DNA of 64,000 nucleotides from Acidimicrobiales bacterium. Lineage in GTDB: Bacteria; Actinomycetota; Acidimicrobiia; Acidimicrobiales; Ilumatobacteraceae. Both the position numbers and the translations under genes were made by a program. The notes below the pieces were generated by a model. It was given only the letters and a program-made list of their open reading frames with translations, did not search any database and had not been told where the DNA came from. Of this stretch, positions 44,730 through 55,285 are shown piece by piece. The stretch is from positions 20,173-84,172 of the forward strand of contig JBBQTC010000004.1 of NCBI GenBank assembly GCA_038234785.1. Direction: 5' to 3'. Within the stretch, counting starts at the first letter, position 1. Every line of letters starts with the position of its first letter.

Positions 44730-46739
44730 TCACTTCTGGAGGTCTGGCCGCCCGATCGCCTCGAAGATGAGGTTCGCGTAGAACTGCTTGGCGGTCGCAG
44801 TACGGAGGTGGTAGCCGTCCTTGGCGAGCTCGCCCGAGATCGCTTGCGATGCCGTCTCCCAGTCGAGGATCTTCACGTTCGGGTAGCGCTCGGGAAGCTG
44901 GCGGATCCGGGTGTTGTTGTCGGCGATCCAGCCGCGCGGTGCACGCACCGTGAGGAACACCACCAGCGGCGTCTGATCGGGAGGCAGGAAGCTCATGATC
45001 CGATCGAGCGTGTCGTCGCTGACACTGCCGTTGGTGCCGGTCTGGATGACCACGGTGCGACCGAGTTGCCCTGCCGAGCGGAGCAGCCCGATCACGTCGG
45101 CGACGTTGGCGCCCTGGCGGCTGACCGCCGCATTGACCATCACCCCGCCGGCCTGCAACTGCGGCGCGGCGCCCAACATCACGGACTCCCCCACCGAGTA
45201 CACCGGCAGCAGGTCGACCGGCGTGAGCGCGACCGTGGTGGGCGCCACGGTGGTCGGTGGCATGGTCGCGCCCTCCAGGGTGGAGGCGGGCGCGGTGACC
45301 ACCGGCGTGGTGGACGGAACCGTCACGGTGCTGCTCACGCCCGCGGCGATCGCGGCCTGACCCGCTTCGCTGTCGCACGCCGTCTGCCCCACGCACAGCA
45401 CGTCGGCGGTGGCGATGCTCACCGTGGCGAAGCCGGTGAGGACGGCTGCGGTGCATCCGACGATCACGGCGCGGCGACGTCGGTCGCGGGCCTCGGCCGT
45501 GCGCGGGCGACGTTCGCCGCGCAGGAACGCACCGAGGCGCCCGGAGCGGACCGGGATCTCGATCAGGCGGTAGCTGAGCTCGGTGACCGGCACGGTGATG
45601 AGCATGGCGATCATGAACTGGCCGAGGTCGAGCTGCTCGCCCGAATCGCGGATGATCTGGTAGATCGGCCAGTGGAACAGGTACAGCCCGTAGCTGCGCG
45701 TGCCGACCCAGTTGAGTGGCCGGATGCCGAGCAGCCGGCCGATCCAGCTCCGTCGGTGGGCCGCGGCAGCGATGCAGGCGAGCGTGAACAGACCGGCGAG
45801 CAGGAAGCCCCCGCGGAACAACCACTCGTCGTAGGTGCTGCTCTCCGAGTCGAACAGGAAGCGACGGTTCATCATCAGGGCGAGCCCGATGAGCCCGCCG
45901 AGCGCGGCGATGTCGACGCGGCGACCGCGTCGACGCATCGGCCCGCGCATCACCGCGACCGGGCGCCACACGAGTGCGAACGCCGCGCCCAGCATCAGTC
46001 CGCCGGCCCTGCTGAAGGTGTTGAGATACAGCGCCTCGTTGACGTTGATGCACTGACCGAACACCGAGAGGTAGCCGTGGCCGGTGCACCCCTCGCCGGC
46101 CAGCACGGGGCCACTCACGTACATCGCCGCGGTGACGGCGGCGATGAACAGGCTCACCCCGAGCAGCCACAACGCGACTCTCGGCAGCCGGTCGCGATTG
46201 CGACGCAGGATGACGGTCATCACCACCGGCCAGACGAGGTAGAACTGCTCCTCGACCGCCAGCGACCACAGGTGACGCAACGGCGAGAACGACTCGGCGG
46301 CGGTGTAGCTCTGGCCGACCCAGATCTGGAACCAGTTGCTCACGTAGAGCAGGCCGGCGACGAAGTCACCACGCGTCTCCCCCATCGGTCGGCGCTCGAA
46401 GAACGCCATGTAGACGGCGAGAGCGCCCATCATCGTGTAGAGCGCGGGCAGCAGGCGCCGGGCGCGACGCATCCAGAACTTGCGGAGGCTGACGGTGCCG
46501 GTTCGTTCCTGCTCGCCGACGAGCAGCAGCGTGATGAGGTAGCCGGAGATGACGAAGAACACCTCGACGCCGAGGAACCCACCCGGCAGCCACAGGTGGT
46601 TGGCGTGGTACACCATGACCCCGACCACGGCGATGGCGCGCAAACCGTCGAGTCCCGGAAGGTACGGGACCCGACTGATCTGGTTGCGCATCACCGGGTG
46701 GGTGTGCACCGTGTCGACGTCAGTGGCGGTGGCAGCCAT
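44730..46739 (-). CDS. Acyltransferase-3 / SGNH fusion (OafA/YrhL type), copy 2 (tandem paralog)
   Basis: Long stretches are near-identical to copy 1 (VPYLPGLDGLRAIAVVGVMVYHANHLWLPGGFLGVEVFFVISGYLITLLLVGE). An alternative ATG lies at 46691. Confidence 0.85.
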   Translation of the reverse strand: MAATATDVDTVHTHPVMRNQISRVPYLPGLDGLRAIAVVGVMVYHANHLWLPGGFLGVEVFFVISGYLITLLLVGEQERTGTVSLRKFWMRRARRLLPALYTMMGALAVYMAFFERRPMGETRGDFVAGLLYVSNWFQIWVGQSYTAAESFSPLRHLWSLAVEEQFYLVWPVVMTVILRRNRDRLPRVALWLLGVSLFIAAVTAAMYVSGPVLAGEGCTGHGYLSVFGQCINVNEALYLNTFSRAGGLMLGAAFALVWRPVAVMRGPMRRRGRRVDIAALGGLIGLALMMNRRFLFDSESSTYDEWLFRGGFLLAGLFTLACIAAAAHRRSWIGRLLGIRPLNWVGTRSYGLYLFHWPIYQIIRDSGEQLDLGQFMIAMLITVPVTELSYRLIEIPVRSGRLGAFLRGERRPRTAEARDRRRRAVIVGCTAAVLTGFATVSIATADVLCVGQTACDSEAGQAAIAAGVSSTVTVPSTTPVVTAPASTLEGATMPPTTVAPTTVALTPVDLLPVYSVGESVMLGAAPQLQAGGVMVNAAVSRQGANVADVIGLLRSAGQLGRTVVIQTGTNGSVSDDTLDRIMSFLPPDQTPLVVFLTVRAPRGWIADNNTRIRQLPERYPNVKILDWETASQAISGELAKDGYHLRTATAKQFYANLIFEAIGRPDLQK

Positions 46740-46798
46740 TCAGTCGACCAGTATCGCCCACCGGCCCCGGCCGAGGCCGTCACCATGGGCGCCCACCG

Positions 46799-48220
46799 TC
46801 AGAGCTGGAGCGCCTTGACCTCGAGGAACTCCTCGAGGCCGAAACGACCGGCCTCGCGCCCGAGACCACTCTGCTTGTAGCCACCGAAGGGCGCCGACGG
46901 GTTGAACGCCCCACCGTTGACCTCCACCTGGCCCGCGCGGATCTGGCGCGCGACGCGCTTGGCACGCTCGGGATCACCGCTCCAGACACCGCCGGCGAGG
47001 CCGTAGATGGAGTCGTTGGCGATCTCGACGGCCTCTTCCTCGGAGTCGTAGGGCATGATCGACAGCACGGGTCCGAAGATCTCCTCGCGGGCAATGGTCA
47101 TGTCGCGAGTGACCCCACTGAAGACCGTCGTCTGCACGTAGAAGCCCTGCTCGAGCCCTTCGGGAGCGCCGACGCCGCCGGTGACGAGCGTGGCACCCTC
47201 GTCGATGCCCTTCTGGATGAAACCCTGCACGCGATCGCGCTGGGCGGCCGACACGAGCGGGCCGACGAACTTGCCGGCCTCGAACGGGTTGCCCGGCTGG
47301 AAGGCCGCGGCGGCGGTGCCGGCGGCGATGGCCTCGGCCTCCGCGAGCCGCTCGCGCGGGACGAGCATGCGGGTGAGCGCGGTGCAGGTCTGGCCCGAGT
47401 TGAGGAAGCACTTGCCCACGCCGTCGGAGACCGCCTTGGTGAAGTCGGCATCGTCGAGGATGACGTTGGCGCTCTTGCCGCCGAGCTCGAGGGCGACCTT
47501 CTTGACGGTCTGGCTGGCGACCTCCGCCACTCGCTTGCCCGCCCGGGTGCTGCCCGTGAACGACACCATGTCGACATCGGGATGGACGGCGATGGCCTCG
47601 CCGACGACCGGGCCGACACCGGTGACGAGGTTGAACACGCCCGCCGGGACACCGGCCTCGTGGATGATCTCGGCGAGGATGAATGCGTTGATCGGTGCCA
47701 CTTCGCTGGGCTTGAGCACGACGGTGTTGCCGGCTGCCATCGCCGGAGCGACCTTGAGCGCGATCTGGTGGAGCGGGTAGTTCCATGGGGTGATGCAGCC
47801 GACGACGCCGATCGCCTCACGGACGATCAGGCTGTTGCCGATCTGCTCCTCGAACTGGTAGCTGCCGAGCAGGTCGGCCGCACCCTTGAAGTTGCCCTTG
47901 GGGAGACCGACCTGGATCATCGAGCTGAGCCACACGGGCATGCCGACTTCCTTGGCGATGGTCGAGGCCAGCTCGTCCGTGCGGGCTTCGAGGCCGGCGT
48001 GGATCTTCATCAGGTAGCCCGCGCGTTCGGCGCCCGACAACGCATTCCACGCCGGGAACGCTGCCCGGGCTGCAGCGACCGCCGCGTCGACGTCGGCAGT
48101 GCTGCCGTCGGGGATGGTGGCGATCACTTCTTCGGTGGCGGAGTCGGTGACCTCGAGCGTGCCGGTGCCCGTGGACGGAACCCACTGGCCGTTGATGTAG
48201 AGCTGGTCGTATGCGTGCAT
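46799..48220 (-). CDS. NAD(P)-dependent aldehyde dehydrogenase
   Basis: [20 protein letters not shown] (catalytic Glu), [10 protein letters not shown] (catalytic Cys), [13 protein letters not shown]. Confidence 0.9.
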   Translation of the reverse strand: MHAYDQLYINGQWVPSTGTGTLEVTDSATEEVIATIPDGSTADVDAAVAAARAAFPAWNALSGAERAGYLMKIHAGLEARTDELASTIAKEVGMPVWLSSMIQVGLPKGNFKGAADLLGSYQFEEQIGNSLIVREAIGVVGCITPWNYPLHQIALKVAPAMAAGNTVVLKPSEVAPINAFILAEIIHEAGVPAGVFNLVTGVGPVVGEAIAVHPDVDMVSFTGSTRAGKRVAEVASQTVKKVALELGGKSANVILDDADFTKAVSDGVGKCFLNSGQTCTALTRMLVPRERLAEAEAIAAGTAAAAFQPGNPFEAGKFVGPLVSAAQRDRVQGFIQKGIDEGATLVTGGVGAPEGLEQGFYVQTTVFSGVTRDMTIAREEIFGPVLSIMPYDSEEEAVEIANDSIYGLAGGVWSGDPERAKRVARQIRAGQVEVNGGAFNPSAPFGGYKQSGLGREAGRFGLEEFLEVKALQL

Positions 48221-48239
48221 GACGCGACCCTACGCCGAG

Positions 48240-49118
48240 TCAGGCGAGATCGCGAAGGCCGAGGTTCCGGAGAATCTCACGCGTCGCCCAGCTGCGATTG
48301 AGCGTGTAGAAGTGCAAGCCGGGGGCACCGGCGTCGAGCAGTTCGGCACTGAGCTCGGTGGCGAGATCGACGCCGATCCGCTCCGCCTCGTCGAGGTCGT
48401 CGCCGGCCTTGCCGACCCGCTCCACCACCCACGACGGCACCTCGGCGCCGCTCATGTGCGCCATGCGCGTCACCTGACCGAGGTTGCTGATGGGCATGAT
48501 GCCCGGCAGCACCGGCTTGTCGACGCCGAGTCCCGCCAGCTCCTCCATCATCGCGAGGTAGTGGTGCACGTCGAAGAAGAACTGCGTGATCGCGAAGTCG
48601 GCGTGGTGCAGCTTGGTCGCGAGATGCTGTCGGTCCGTGGCCCGGTCGGGCGAACGTGGGTGGAGCTCGGGGTGAGCGGCGACCCCGACGGAGAACCCGC
48701 CGAACTCCTGCACGTCCTGCACCAGTTCGAGACTGAAGCGGTAGTCGCTCTCCGTCGACGGCTCGCCGTGTGCCGGCGGATCGCCGCCCAGGGCGAGGAT
48801 GTTGTCGACGCCCTCCGCCCGGTAATCGAGCAGGATCTCACGGATGTCGGCGCGGGTGTGCCCCTGACAGGTGAGGTGCGCCATCGGCGAGATCGGTGTC
48901 TGGCGGCGTACCCAGCTGACGAGGTCGGCGGTACGCGTGCGAGTGCTGCCGCCGGCGCCGTAGGTGACGCTCACGAAGTCTGGCTCGAGGTGCTCCAGTT
49001 CCGCGATCGCGCGCCCGAGACTGAGCCATCCAGCCTCGTTCTTCGGGGGAAAGAACTCGAAGGAGAAGGTCGGACCTGCGGCGAGGAGCTCGGCGATGCG
49101 TGTCACTCCCCACAGCAT
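48240..49118 (-). CDS. metF: Methylenetetrahydrofolate reductase
   Basis: FSFEFFPPKNE, VSVTYGAGGSTR, HLTCQGHTR, LALGGDPP. ATG at 49118 chosen; GTG at 49106 or ATG at 49163 are possible. Confidence 0.88.
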   Translation of the reverse strand: MLWGVTRIAELLAAGPTFSFEFFPPKNEAGWLSLGRAIAELEHLEPDFVSVTYGAGGSTRTRTADLVSWVRRQTPISPMAHLTCQGHTRADIREILLDYRAEGVDNILALGGDPPAHGEPSTESDYRFSLELVQDVQEFGGFSVGVAAHPELHPRSPDRATDRQHLATKLHHADFAITQFFFDVHHYLAMMEELAGLGVDKPVLPGIMPISNLGQVTRMAHMSGAEVPSWVVERVGKAGDDLDEAERIGVDLATELSAELLDAGAPGLHFYTLNRSWATREILRNLGLRDLA

Positions 49119-49177
49119 TGCCCATTTCGGGGTGGTGGTGCATGGCACGCTGTAGGTGGACACGAGGGGGGCACGTC

Positions 49178-50326
49178 ATGTCACAGGTACCCGCAGGGTG
49201 GTTTCCGGATCCGTACGGCCGTTTCCAGCAGCGTTACTGGAACGGCTCGGCCTGGACGGAGCACGTCGTCACCAACGGCGTGCAGGCCGTCGACCCGATG
49301 GGCGCGTCGACGGTCATCCCGATCGTCACCCCCGCCTCCGCGTACACCGCCCCGGCGAGCGCGACGGCGACCGCGGCCCCGACCGTGTCGCCGATCATCG
49401 GGTTCTTGGACTCCTTGGGCGACGACAGCAAGGAGCGACCGATTCCGAGCCTGTCGCGCGCCCTTGCCGGGCTCGGTGGCGCATCGCTCGCGATCGGCGT
49501 CCTCGCGGCGACCTCCGGCGACAACCCTTCGCGAGGGGTGATCATCGGATCGTCGCTCGCAGTGCTCGCCGTCGCGTGGGTGGCGCGTTCGTTCATCGCG
49601 ATCGACGCCGTCCGGGCTGCCGCGGTCGGGATGGCCGTCGTGGCCATCCCCGCCTTCGGCGCAAGCGCGACCGTCAGCGACGGGCGCAGCGGGTTCCTCA
49701 CCGCATTCGTGATCGGCGCGCTGTACGTCGCGGCCTGGGCACTGCCGGGGTTCAAGGGCCGCAGTGTGTTCCTCGGGCTCGGTGCGCTGGCGCTCGTCGG
49801 TGCGTTGGGTTCGCTCGACACCACCGACAGCTCCAGCGGCAACATCGTTCCGCGGGGGATCACCGACAACCTCGGCAAGCAGGGAACGATCTACCTCATC
49901 GGTGCCGCGCTGTGCCTCGGTGCGACCTGGGCGCTGGATCGTCGCGGCTATCGCGGTACCGGCACCGCGTTCGGCGCCGCCGGACTCGTCGCCGCTCTCG
50001 TCGGCACGGGCCTGCTCGTCAACGACTTCGGCCAGACGTCGGGACCGATCTTCGTGATGGTGGTCGGACTCATCGTCTGTCTGGTCGGCTCGCACGGCGG
50101 CCGCCGAGCCACGACGTGGTGGGGTGCCGTCCTCCTCGCCGGCGGCATGATCGCGTTCGTCGGCACCGAGATGAACCCGGCATCGTCGTCGTCGACCGGC
50201 ACCGTCGCGATCATTGCCGGACTGGTGCTGATCGGTGTGTCGCTGGTGGCCTCGGCAATCCGACGCGGCAAGGCCGCCGACGGCGACGCCAGTGGCGTCA
50301 GTGACGGAAGTGGCGCTCTCCGGTGA
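49178..50326 (+). CDS. DUF2510-domain multi-pass membrane protein
   Basis: ATG at 49178 with a G-rich RBS. N-terminal [24 protein letters not shown] motif followed by about 8 hydrophobic helices. Confidence 0.7.
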   Translation: MSQVPAGWFPDPYGRFQQRYWNGSAWTEHVVTNGVQAVDPMGASTVIPIVTPASAYTAPASATATAAPTVSPIIGFLDSLGDDSKERPIPSLSRALAGLGGASLAIGVLAATSGDNPSRGVIIGSSLAVLAVAWVARSFIAIDAVRAAAVGMAVVAIPAFGASATVSDGRSGFLTAFVIGALYVAAWALPGFKGRSVFLGLGALALVGALGSLDTTDSSSGNIVPRGITDNLGKQGTIYLIGAALCLGATWALDRRGYRGTGTAFGAAGLVAALVGTGLLVNDFGQTSGPIFVMVVGLIVCLVGSHGGRRATTWWGAVLLAGGMIAFVGTEMNPASSSSTGTVAIIAGLVLIGVSLVASAIRRGKAADGDASGVSDGSGALR

Positions 50327-51824
50327 ACACCATCGCGATGCCGTGCTCGTTCGCTGCGGCGATGGACTCGTCATCGCGCACGCTGCCCCCCGGCTGAACG
50401 ATGGCGGTGACGCCCGCTGCGGCCACCGTGTCCAGCCCGTCGCGGAATGGGAAGAAGGCATCGCTCGCACCGACACCGCCCTTCGCCCGACCTGCAGCGC
50501 GACGAGCGGCGATCTCCGCCGAGTCGACACGATTCTGCTGCCCGGCACCGATGCCGAACGCCTGGCAATCCTTGGCGAGCACGATCGCGTTGCTGCTCAC
50601 CACCGAGCAGACCTGCCACGCGAATTCCAGGTCGGCCCACTGCTCCGCGGTGGGTGACGCCTCGGTGACCACTCGCCACGTGTCGCCACGTGGGGTCACC
50701 GTGTCGACCTGTTGCACGAGCAGTCCTCCGTCGATGGAGCGCACGTCGAGCGAAGCGCCGACCGGGGGTGCCGCCTCGAGCACCCGGAGGTTGGCCTTCT
50801 TGGCGAAGATCTCCAATGCCTCGGGTTCGAAGGACGGAGCGACCACGACCTCCGTGAAGACCGGTGCAAGCTCGGTGGCGAGCGCGGCGGTGACGCGTCG
50901 GTTCAGCGCGACGATGCCGCCGAACGCGCTCACCGGGTCGCAGGCGTTGGCCCGCACGTAGGCGGTCTCGATGTCGGCCGCGATCGCGACCCCGCACGGG
51001 TTGGCGTGCTTGACGATCACGCACGCCGGCTCGTCGAACCGATGGACGAGCTTCCAAGCGGCCTCGGTGTCGTAGAGGTTGAGGTAGCTCAGCTCCTTGC
51101 CGTTGTGCTGCACCGCCGTGTCCCACCAACTCGTGGCGCCGTCGATGCGATAGCGAGCACCCTGCTGATGCGGGTTCTCGCCGTAGCGCAGCGTCTGCGC
51201 TCGCTCCATCGACAGGTGCAGACCCGCCGGCAACGTGTCGGCCGACGCATCCGCTGACGAGGCGTCGATGTCGCCGACGTCATCGAACCAGTTGGCGATG
51301 GCCGCGTCGTACGCGGCGATCGCAGCGAACGCGTCGCGCGCCAACCGTCGGCGGGTGGTCGCGGAGAGGGCGCCCTTGCCCGCGACCTCGTCGAGCACGA
51401 CGCGGTAGTCGACGGGGTTGACGACGACGCCGACGTGGGCGTGGTTCTTGGCGGCAGCCCGCACCATCGCCGGACCACCGATGTCGATGAGCTCGATGCT
51501 CGGGCGCTCGCTGAACGGGTAGAGGTTGACGACGACGAGGTCGATGGCCTCGATGCCGTGCTCGGCCATGTCGTCGAGGTGCTGCGGGTTGGTGGGGTCG
51601 GCGAGGAGGCCGCCGTGCACCTTCGGGTGGAGGGTGACGACCCGATGGTCAAGGATCGCCGGCAGCCCGGTGAGCTCGGCAAGATCGGTGACGGCGACGC
51701 CCGCGTCGGCGACGGCCTTCGCCGTGCCACCGCTGCTGACGATGCGCCAGCCCGCCGCCTGGAGACCGGCGGCGAGGTCGACGATGCCGGTCTTGTCGTA
51801 CACGGAGAGCAGCGCGGTGGGCAT
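50298..51824 (-). CDS. purH: Bifunctional AICAR transformylase / IMP cyclohydrolase
   Basis: [18 protein letters not shown]...SSGGTA...NLYPF...; full length, 508 aa. Confidence 0.95.
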   Translation of the reverse strand: MPTALLSVYDKTGIVDLAAGLQAAGWRIVSSGGTAKAVADAGVAVTDLAELTGLPAILDHRVVTLHPKVHGGLLADPTNPQHLDDMAEHGIEAIDLVVVNLYPFSERPSIELIDIGGPAMVRAAAKNHAHVGVVVNPVDYRVVLDEVAGKGALSATTRRRLARDAFAAIAAYDAAIANWFDDVGDIDASSADASADTLPAGLHLSMERAQTLRYGENPHQQGARYRIDGATSWWDTAVQHNGKELSYLNLYDTEAAWKLVHRFDEPACVIVKHANPCGVAIAADIETAYVRANACDPVSAFGGIVALNRRVTAALATELAPVFTEVVVAPSFEPEALEIFAKKANLRVLEAAPPVGASLDVRSIDGGLLVQQVDTVTPRGDTWRVVTEASPTAEQWADLEFAWQVCSVVSSNAIVLAKDCQAFGIGAGQQNRVDSAEIAARRAAGRAKGGVGASDAFFPFRDGLDTVAAAGVTAIVQPGGSVRDDESIAAANEHGIAMVFTGERHFRH

Positions 51825-51966
51825 GCGAAGAATGTACGCGTCACCCGCGCGCTGGGCCGCCTGCGCTTTACAAGGTGTAACGGGCGCGGGGATCCAAGAG
51901 TCGTACCACCTGCAAGGTGTACGTTCTCGTCAGTTGGATTCGTCCGATTCCACACTGGGGGTACAC

Positions 51967-52581
51967 ATGGATCTCAGCAAGTTCAAAACATCCGACTGGT
52001 TGAAGGTGGGCGGCGGCGCAGCCGTGCTGATCTTCGCCTTCATCGCCTGGAGCGGTGACGTCAACGAGGTGGGAGGCGTCAGCATCGGCAGCGTCGACTG
52101 CAGCTACGGCGGGTGTCCCGGCGGGCCGAACATGCTCGACCACTTCTTCACCGGTCTCATCCCGTGGCTGCTCATCGTGGCCATCGGCGTGTTGACCTTC
52201 CTCGCCGCCGCCGGCATCTTCAAGCTGCCGGCGTCGCTTCCCGCTCCGCTCATCTTCCTCGCCGCTTCGGCGTTCTCGTTGCTCCTGATCCTCATTCGGG
52301 TCCTGATCGGCCCGAAGCTGGGCGTGCTCAACGCTGACGTCAAATGGGACCGAGGCATCGGCATGTTCGTCGTCCTGCTCGGCGCGATTGCCGTGCTCGT
52401 CGGATGCGTGCAGGGCTTCAAGGAGTCCGGTGGCGACCTCAACGACCTCAAGGACATGAACAAGCTGAAGAGTCAGCTGGGCATGTCCGGTGGTGGAGAT
52501 GGCGCCGCACCTCCGCCTCCGCCCGGTGCGACTCCTCCCCCGCCGCCGCCGCCGCCTCCCCCGCCGCCACCTGCGGGCTGA
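51967..52581 (+). CDS. Multi-pass membrane protein with a C-terminal poly-proline tail
   Basis: ATG at 51967. Four hydrophobic helices. The tail ends in 5 and then 13 consecutive Pro codons. The track ORF from 51526 is an extension over purH. Confidence 0.65.
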   Translation: MDLSKFKTSDWLKVGGGAAVLIFAFIAWSGDVNEVGGVSIGSVDCSYGGCPGGPNMLDHFFTGLIPWLLIVAIGVLTFLAAAGIFKLPASLPAPLIFLAASAFSLLLILIRVLIGPKLGVLNADVKWDRGIGMFVVLLGAIAVLVGCVQGFKESGGDLNDLKDMNKLKSQLGMSGGGDGAAPPPPPGATPPPPPPPPPPPPPAG

Positions 52582-52597
52582 CCACACCCGATTTCCC

Positions 52598-52629
52598 GAA
52601 AGGACCCCGCCCCGGTGCGGGGTCCTTTC
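52598..52629 (+). terminator. Perfect 13-bp hairpin downstream of the poly-Pro membrane protein gene
   Basis: GAAAGGACCCCGC cccggt GCGGGGTCCTTTC; no U-tract. Confidence 0.5.
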
Positions 52630-52697
52630 GCGTCCACCCCCATCCGAGTCCCACCCCACCGGTCCGAGTGGCTCGTGGCCGGTACAGTCGACCCACC

Positions 52698-53624
52698 ATG
52701 GACTCGCCGCTCATCGTCGCCCGACAACTCGTCAAACGCTTCGGCGACTTCACCGCCGTCGACGGCATCGACGTCGAGGTGCAGCCCGGCGAGGCGTTCG
52801 GATTCCTCGGCCCCAACGGGGCCGGCAAGAGCAGCACGATGCGGATGATCGCCTGCGTGTCGGCCGCGTCGTCGGGCACGCTCCGACTGTTCGGGCTCGA
52901 CCCGGCGACGCACGGCGCGCAGATCCGCGGTCGCATCGGCGTCGTCCCCCAACTCGACACGCTCGACACCGAGCTCACGGTGCAGGAGAACCTGTGGCTG
53001 TACGGCCGCTTCTTCGACCTGCCGCGGGCGGAGTCGAAACGACGAGCCGCAGAGCTGCTGGAGTTCGCCCAGTTGACCGAGCGAGCGGACAGCATCGTCG
53101 ACAACCTCAGCGGCGGCATGAAGCGGCGGCTCTCGATCGCTCGTTCCTTGATCAACCAACCCGAGCTCCTGCTGCTCGACGAGCCGACCACGGGTCTCGA
53201 CCCGCAGGCGCGCCACGTGCTGTGGGACCGGCTGTACCGGTTGAAGCAGGAGGGGGTCACCTTGGTGCTCACCACGCACTACATGGACGAGGCGGAGCAA
53301 CTGTGCGATCGCCTGGTGGTGATGGACCAGGGCCGCATCGTCGCCGAGGGATCGCCGCGAACGCTGATCGACCGCTACGCGACCAAGGAAGTGCTGGAGC
53401 TCCGCTTCCCTGCCGGCACCAACGAGGCTCGCGCCGGCGAAGTGGCCGGGATCGGTTCTCGTCAGGAAGTGCTGCCCGACCGCATCCTCGTCTACGCCGA
53501 CGACGGTGAGGCGGCGCTGGTCGAAGCCCATTCTCGCGGGCTGCAACCCGAGAGCGCACTCGTGCGCCGATCGAGCTTGGAGGACGTGTTCCTCCTCCTC
53601 ACCGGACGGAGCCTGGCGGACTGA
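52698..53624 (+). CDS. ABC-2 type exporter ATP-binding protein (DrrA/NodI-like)
   Basis: Walker A GPNGAGKSS, signature LSGGMKRRL, Walker B LLLDEPTTGLD, H-loop TTHYMDEAE. Confidence 0.9.
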   Translation: MDSPLIVARQLVKRFGDFTAVDGIDVEVQPGEAFGFLGPNGAGKSSTMRMIACVSAASSGTLRLFGLDPATHGAQIRGRIGVVPQLDTLDTELTVQENLWLYGRFFDLPRAESKRRAAELLEFAQLTERADSIVDNLSGGMKRRLSIARSLINQPELLLLDEPTTGLDPQARHVLWDRLYRLKQEGVTLVLTTHYMDEAEQLCDRLVVMDQGRIVAEGSPRTLIDRYATKEVLELRFPAGTNEARAGEVAGIGSRQEVLPDRILVYADDGEAALVEAHSRGLQPESALVRRSSLEDVFLLLTGRSLAD

Positions 53625-53625
53625 C

Positions 53626-54417
53626 ATGGCACACACCACCACACCCGCCGCGCTCCGCGTCGCCAGTTGGCACCTGGCGACCTTTCGTCGACTCTGGAAG
53701 ACCAACCTGCTGTCCACGTTCGTCCAGCCGATGCTGTACCTGCTCGGACTCGGCGTCGGCGTGGGCTCACTCGTCGACAAGAACTCGTCGGCGAGCGACG
53801 CGCTCGGCGGAATGTCCTACGTCGCGTTCGTCGCGCCGGGTCTGCTGATCACGACCGCCATGTCGTTGAGCGCCGGGGAGAGCATGTGGCCGGTGATGGG
53901 CGGGCTCAAGTGGAGCCGTGGGTACCACGGCATCGCGGCCACCCCGCTCGACGCGGGCGACATCGTCGCCGGCCACGCGACGTGGATGGCGGCGCGCTCC
54001 GGCCTGGCCGCGGCAGCTGTCGCGATCGTGCTCGCCTGCTTCCCCGACACCAGATCATGGGGCCTGATCCCGACCGTGCTGGTGGCGATGGCCGTCGGTG
54101 TGTCGTTCGCGATGCCGATCATGGCGCTGTCGATCAACTCCGAGTACGACGGTTCGTTCGCCGGCATCAACCGATTCCTCATCATCCCCCTGTTCCTCTT
54201 CGGCGGCGCCTTCTATCCGCTGTCGCAGCTGCCGACGATGGTGCAGTGGTTGGCGAAGGTGTTTCCGCTCTGGCACGGGGTGGTCGTCGCTCGCGGCTTC
54301 ACCACCGGCAACGTCGACTGGCTCGGCACCGCCGGACACATCGCGTTCGTGCTCGCCTGGGGTGTCGCCGGCATGGTGGTCGCCACGCGCCGACTGGGAC
54401 GGAAGTTGTACCCGTGA
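53626..54417 (+). CDS. ABC-2 type transporter permease (first of two)
   Basis: ATG lies 1 nt after the ATPase stop. Six hydrophobic helices. ABC-2/NodJ-like layout. Confidence 0.8.
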   Translation: MAHTTTPAALRVASWHLATFRRLWKTNLLSTFVQPMLYLLGLGVGVGSLVDKNSSASDALGGMSYVAFVAPGLLITTAMSLSAGESMWPVMGGLKWSRGYHGIAATPLDAGDIVAGHATWMAARSGLAAAAVAIVLACFPDTRSWGLIPTVLVAMAVGVSFAMPIMALSINSEYDGSFAGINRFLIIPLFLFGGAFYPLSQLPTMVQWLAKVFPLWHGVVVARGFTTGNVDWLGTAGHIAFVLAWGVAGMVVATRRLGRKLYP

Positions 54418-55211
54418 GCGGCGCCTTGCTGCGGATCGTCCCGCGCGACTTCGTGGTCCGCCGACCGCAGCGGATGATCGAACGGCACCTCGTCGCCTAC
54501 CGGCGGCAGTGGCTCATCGTCGTCAGCGGGTTCTTCGAGCCGCTCTTCTACCTCCTGAGCATGCGGGCGGGTCTGGGCGATCTCGTCGGTTCGGTGTCAT
54601 TCGGCGGGAAGCAGGTTCCCTACGACGTGTTCGTCGCCCCCGCACTGATGGCGTCGTCGGCGATGAACGGCGCCATCTTCGACTCGACGGGCAACGTGCT
54701 GCACCGGATGAAGTACGCCCGCATCTACGACGCCGCACTCGCCACACCGATGAGTCCCGCCGACGTGGCCATGGGCGAGATCGGCTGGGCCCTCATCCGC
54801 GGGCAGTTGTACGCGTGCAGCTTCCTCGTCGTGATGGCCGCGCTCGGGCTGACCGGCTCGTGGTGGAGCCTGATGGCGCTCCCCGCGTGCGCACTGATCG
54901 GGCTCGCGTTCGCCAGCATCGGGTTCGCCGGTACGACGTACATGCGCGGATGGGCCGACATGGACATCGTCACGACGGCGATGATGCCGCTGTTCCTGTT
55001 CTCGGCGACGTTCTTCCCCACCTCTGCCTACGGATCGTGGGCATGGATCGTGCAGCTCTCACCGCTCTATCACGGCGTGGCACTGGTACGGGGCGCGAAC
55101 GCGGGCGTCTGGACGGCATCGATGGCGGTGCACATCGCCGTGCTCGCCGGTCTTTCGATCGTCGCGCTGTCGGTCGCGGCTCGCCGCCTGGACACGCTCC
55201 TTCGCAAGTAA
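54414..55211 (+). CDS. ABC-2 type transporter permease (second of two)
   Basis: GTG overlaps the upstream stop (GTGA). Paralogous six-TM layout. Confidence 0.8.
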   Translation: MSGALLRIVPRDFVVRRPQRMIERHLVAYRRQWLIVVSGFFEPLFYLLSMRAGLGDLVGSVSFGGKQVPYDVFVAPALMASSAMNGAIFDSTGNVLHRMKYARIYDAALATPMSPADVAMGEIGWALIRGQLYACSFLVVMAALGLTGSWWSLMALPACALIGLAFASIGFAGTTYMRGWADMDIVTTAMMPLFLFSATFFPTSAYGSWAWIVQLSPLYHGVALVRGANAGVWTASMAVHIAVLAGLSIVALSVAARRLDTLLRK

Positions 55212-55285
55212 TCGGTACGACTCACTGCGCTATGGTCACCACGCGGGCCTGATCGATCGGGCCCGACCACTTGGGGGACTCACAC

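Noticed and set aside
49119-49177. Possible SAM-type riboswitch upstream of metF.
   Set aside because: The metF / DUF2510 divergent gap is only about 59 nt (about 71 nt with the later start). That is too short for any known SAM riboswitch class, and no conserved motif was seen.
51825-51966. Possible ZTP (pfl) riboswitch in the 142-nt region upstream of purH, a classic location for it.
   Set aside because: Read on the purH (minus) strand, I cannot find the conserved GGGUCGUGACUGGCG-type 5' subdomain or the CCGCCUGGGC 3' element. A weak GCCGCCTG resemblance is on the wrong strand. A covariance-model scan (Rfam ZTP) would settle it.
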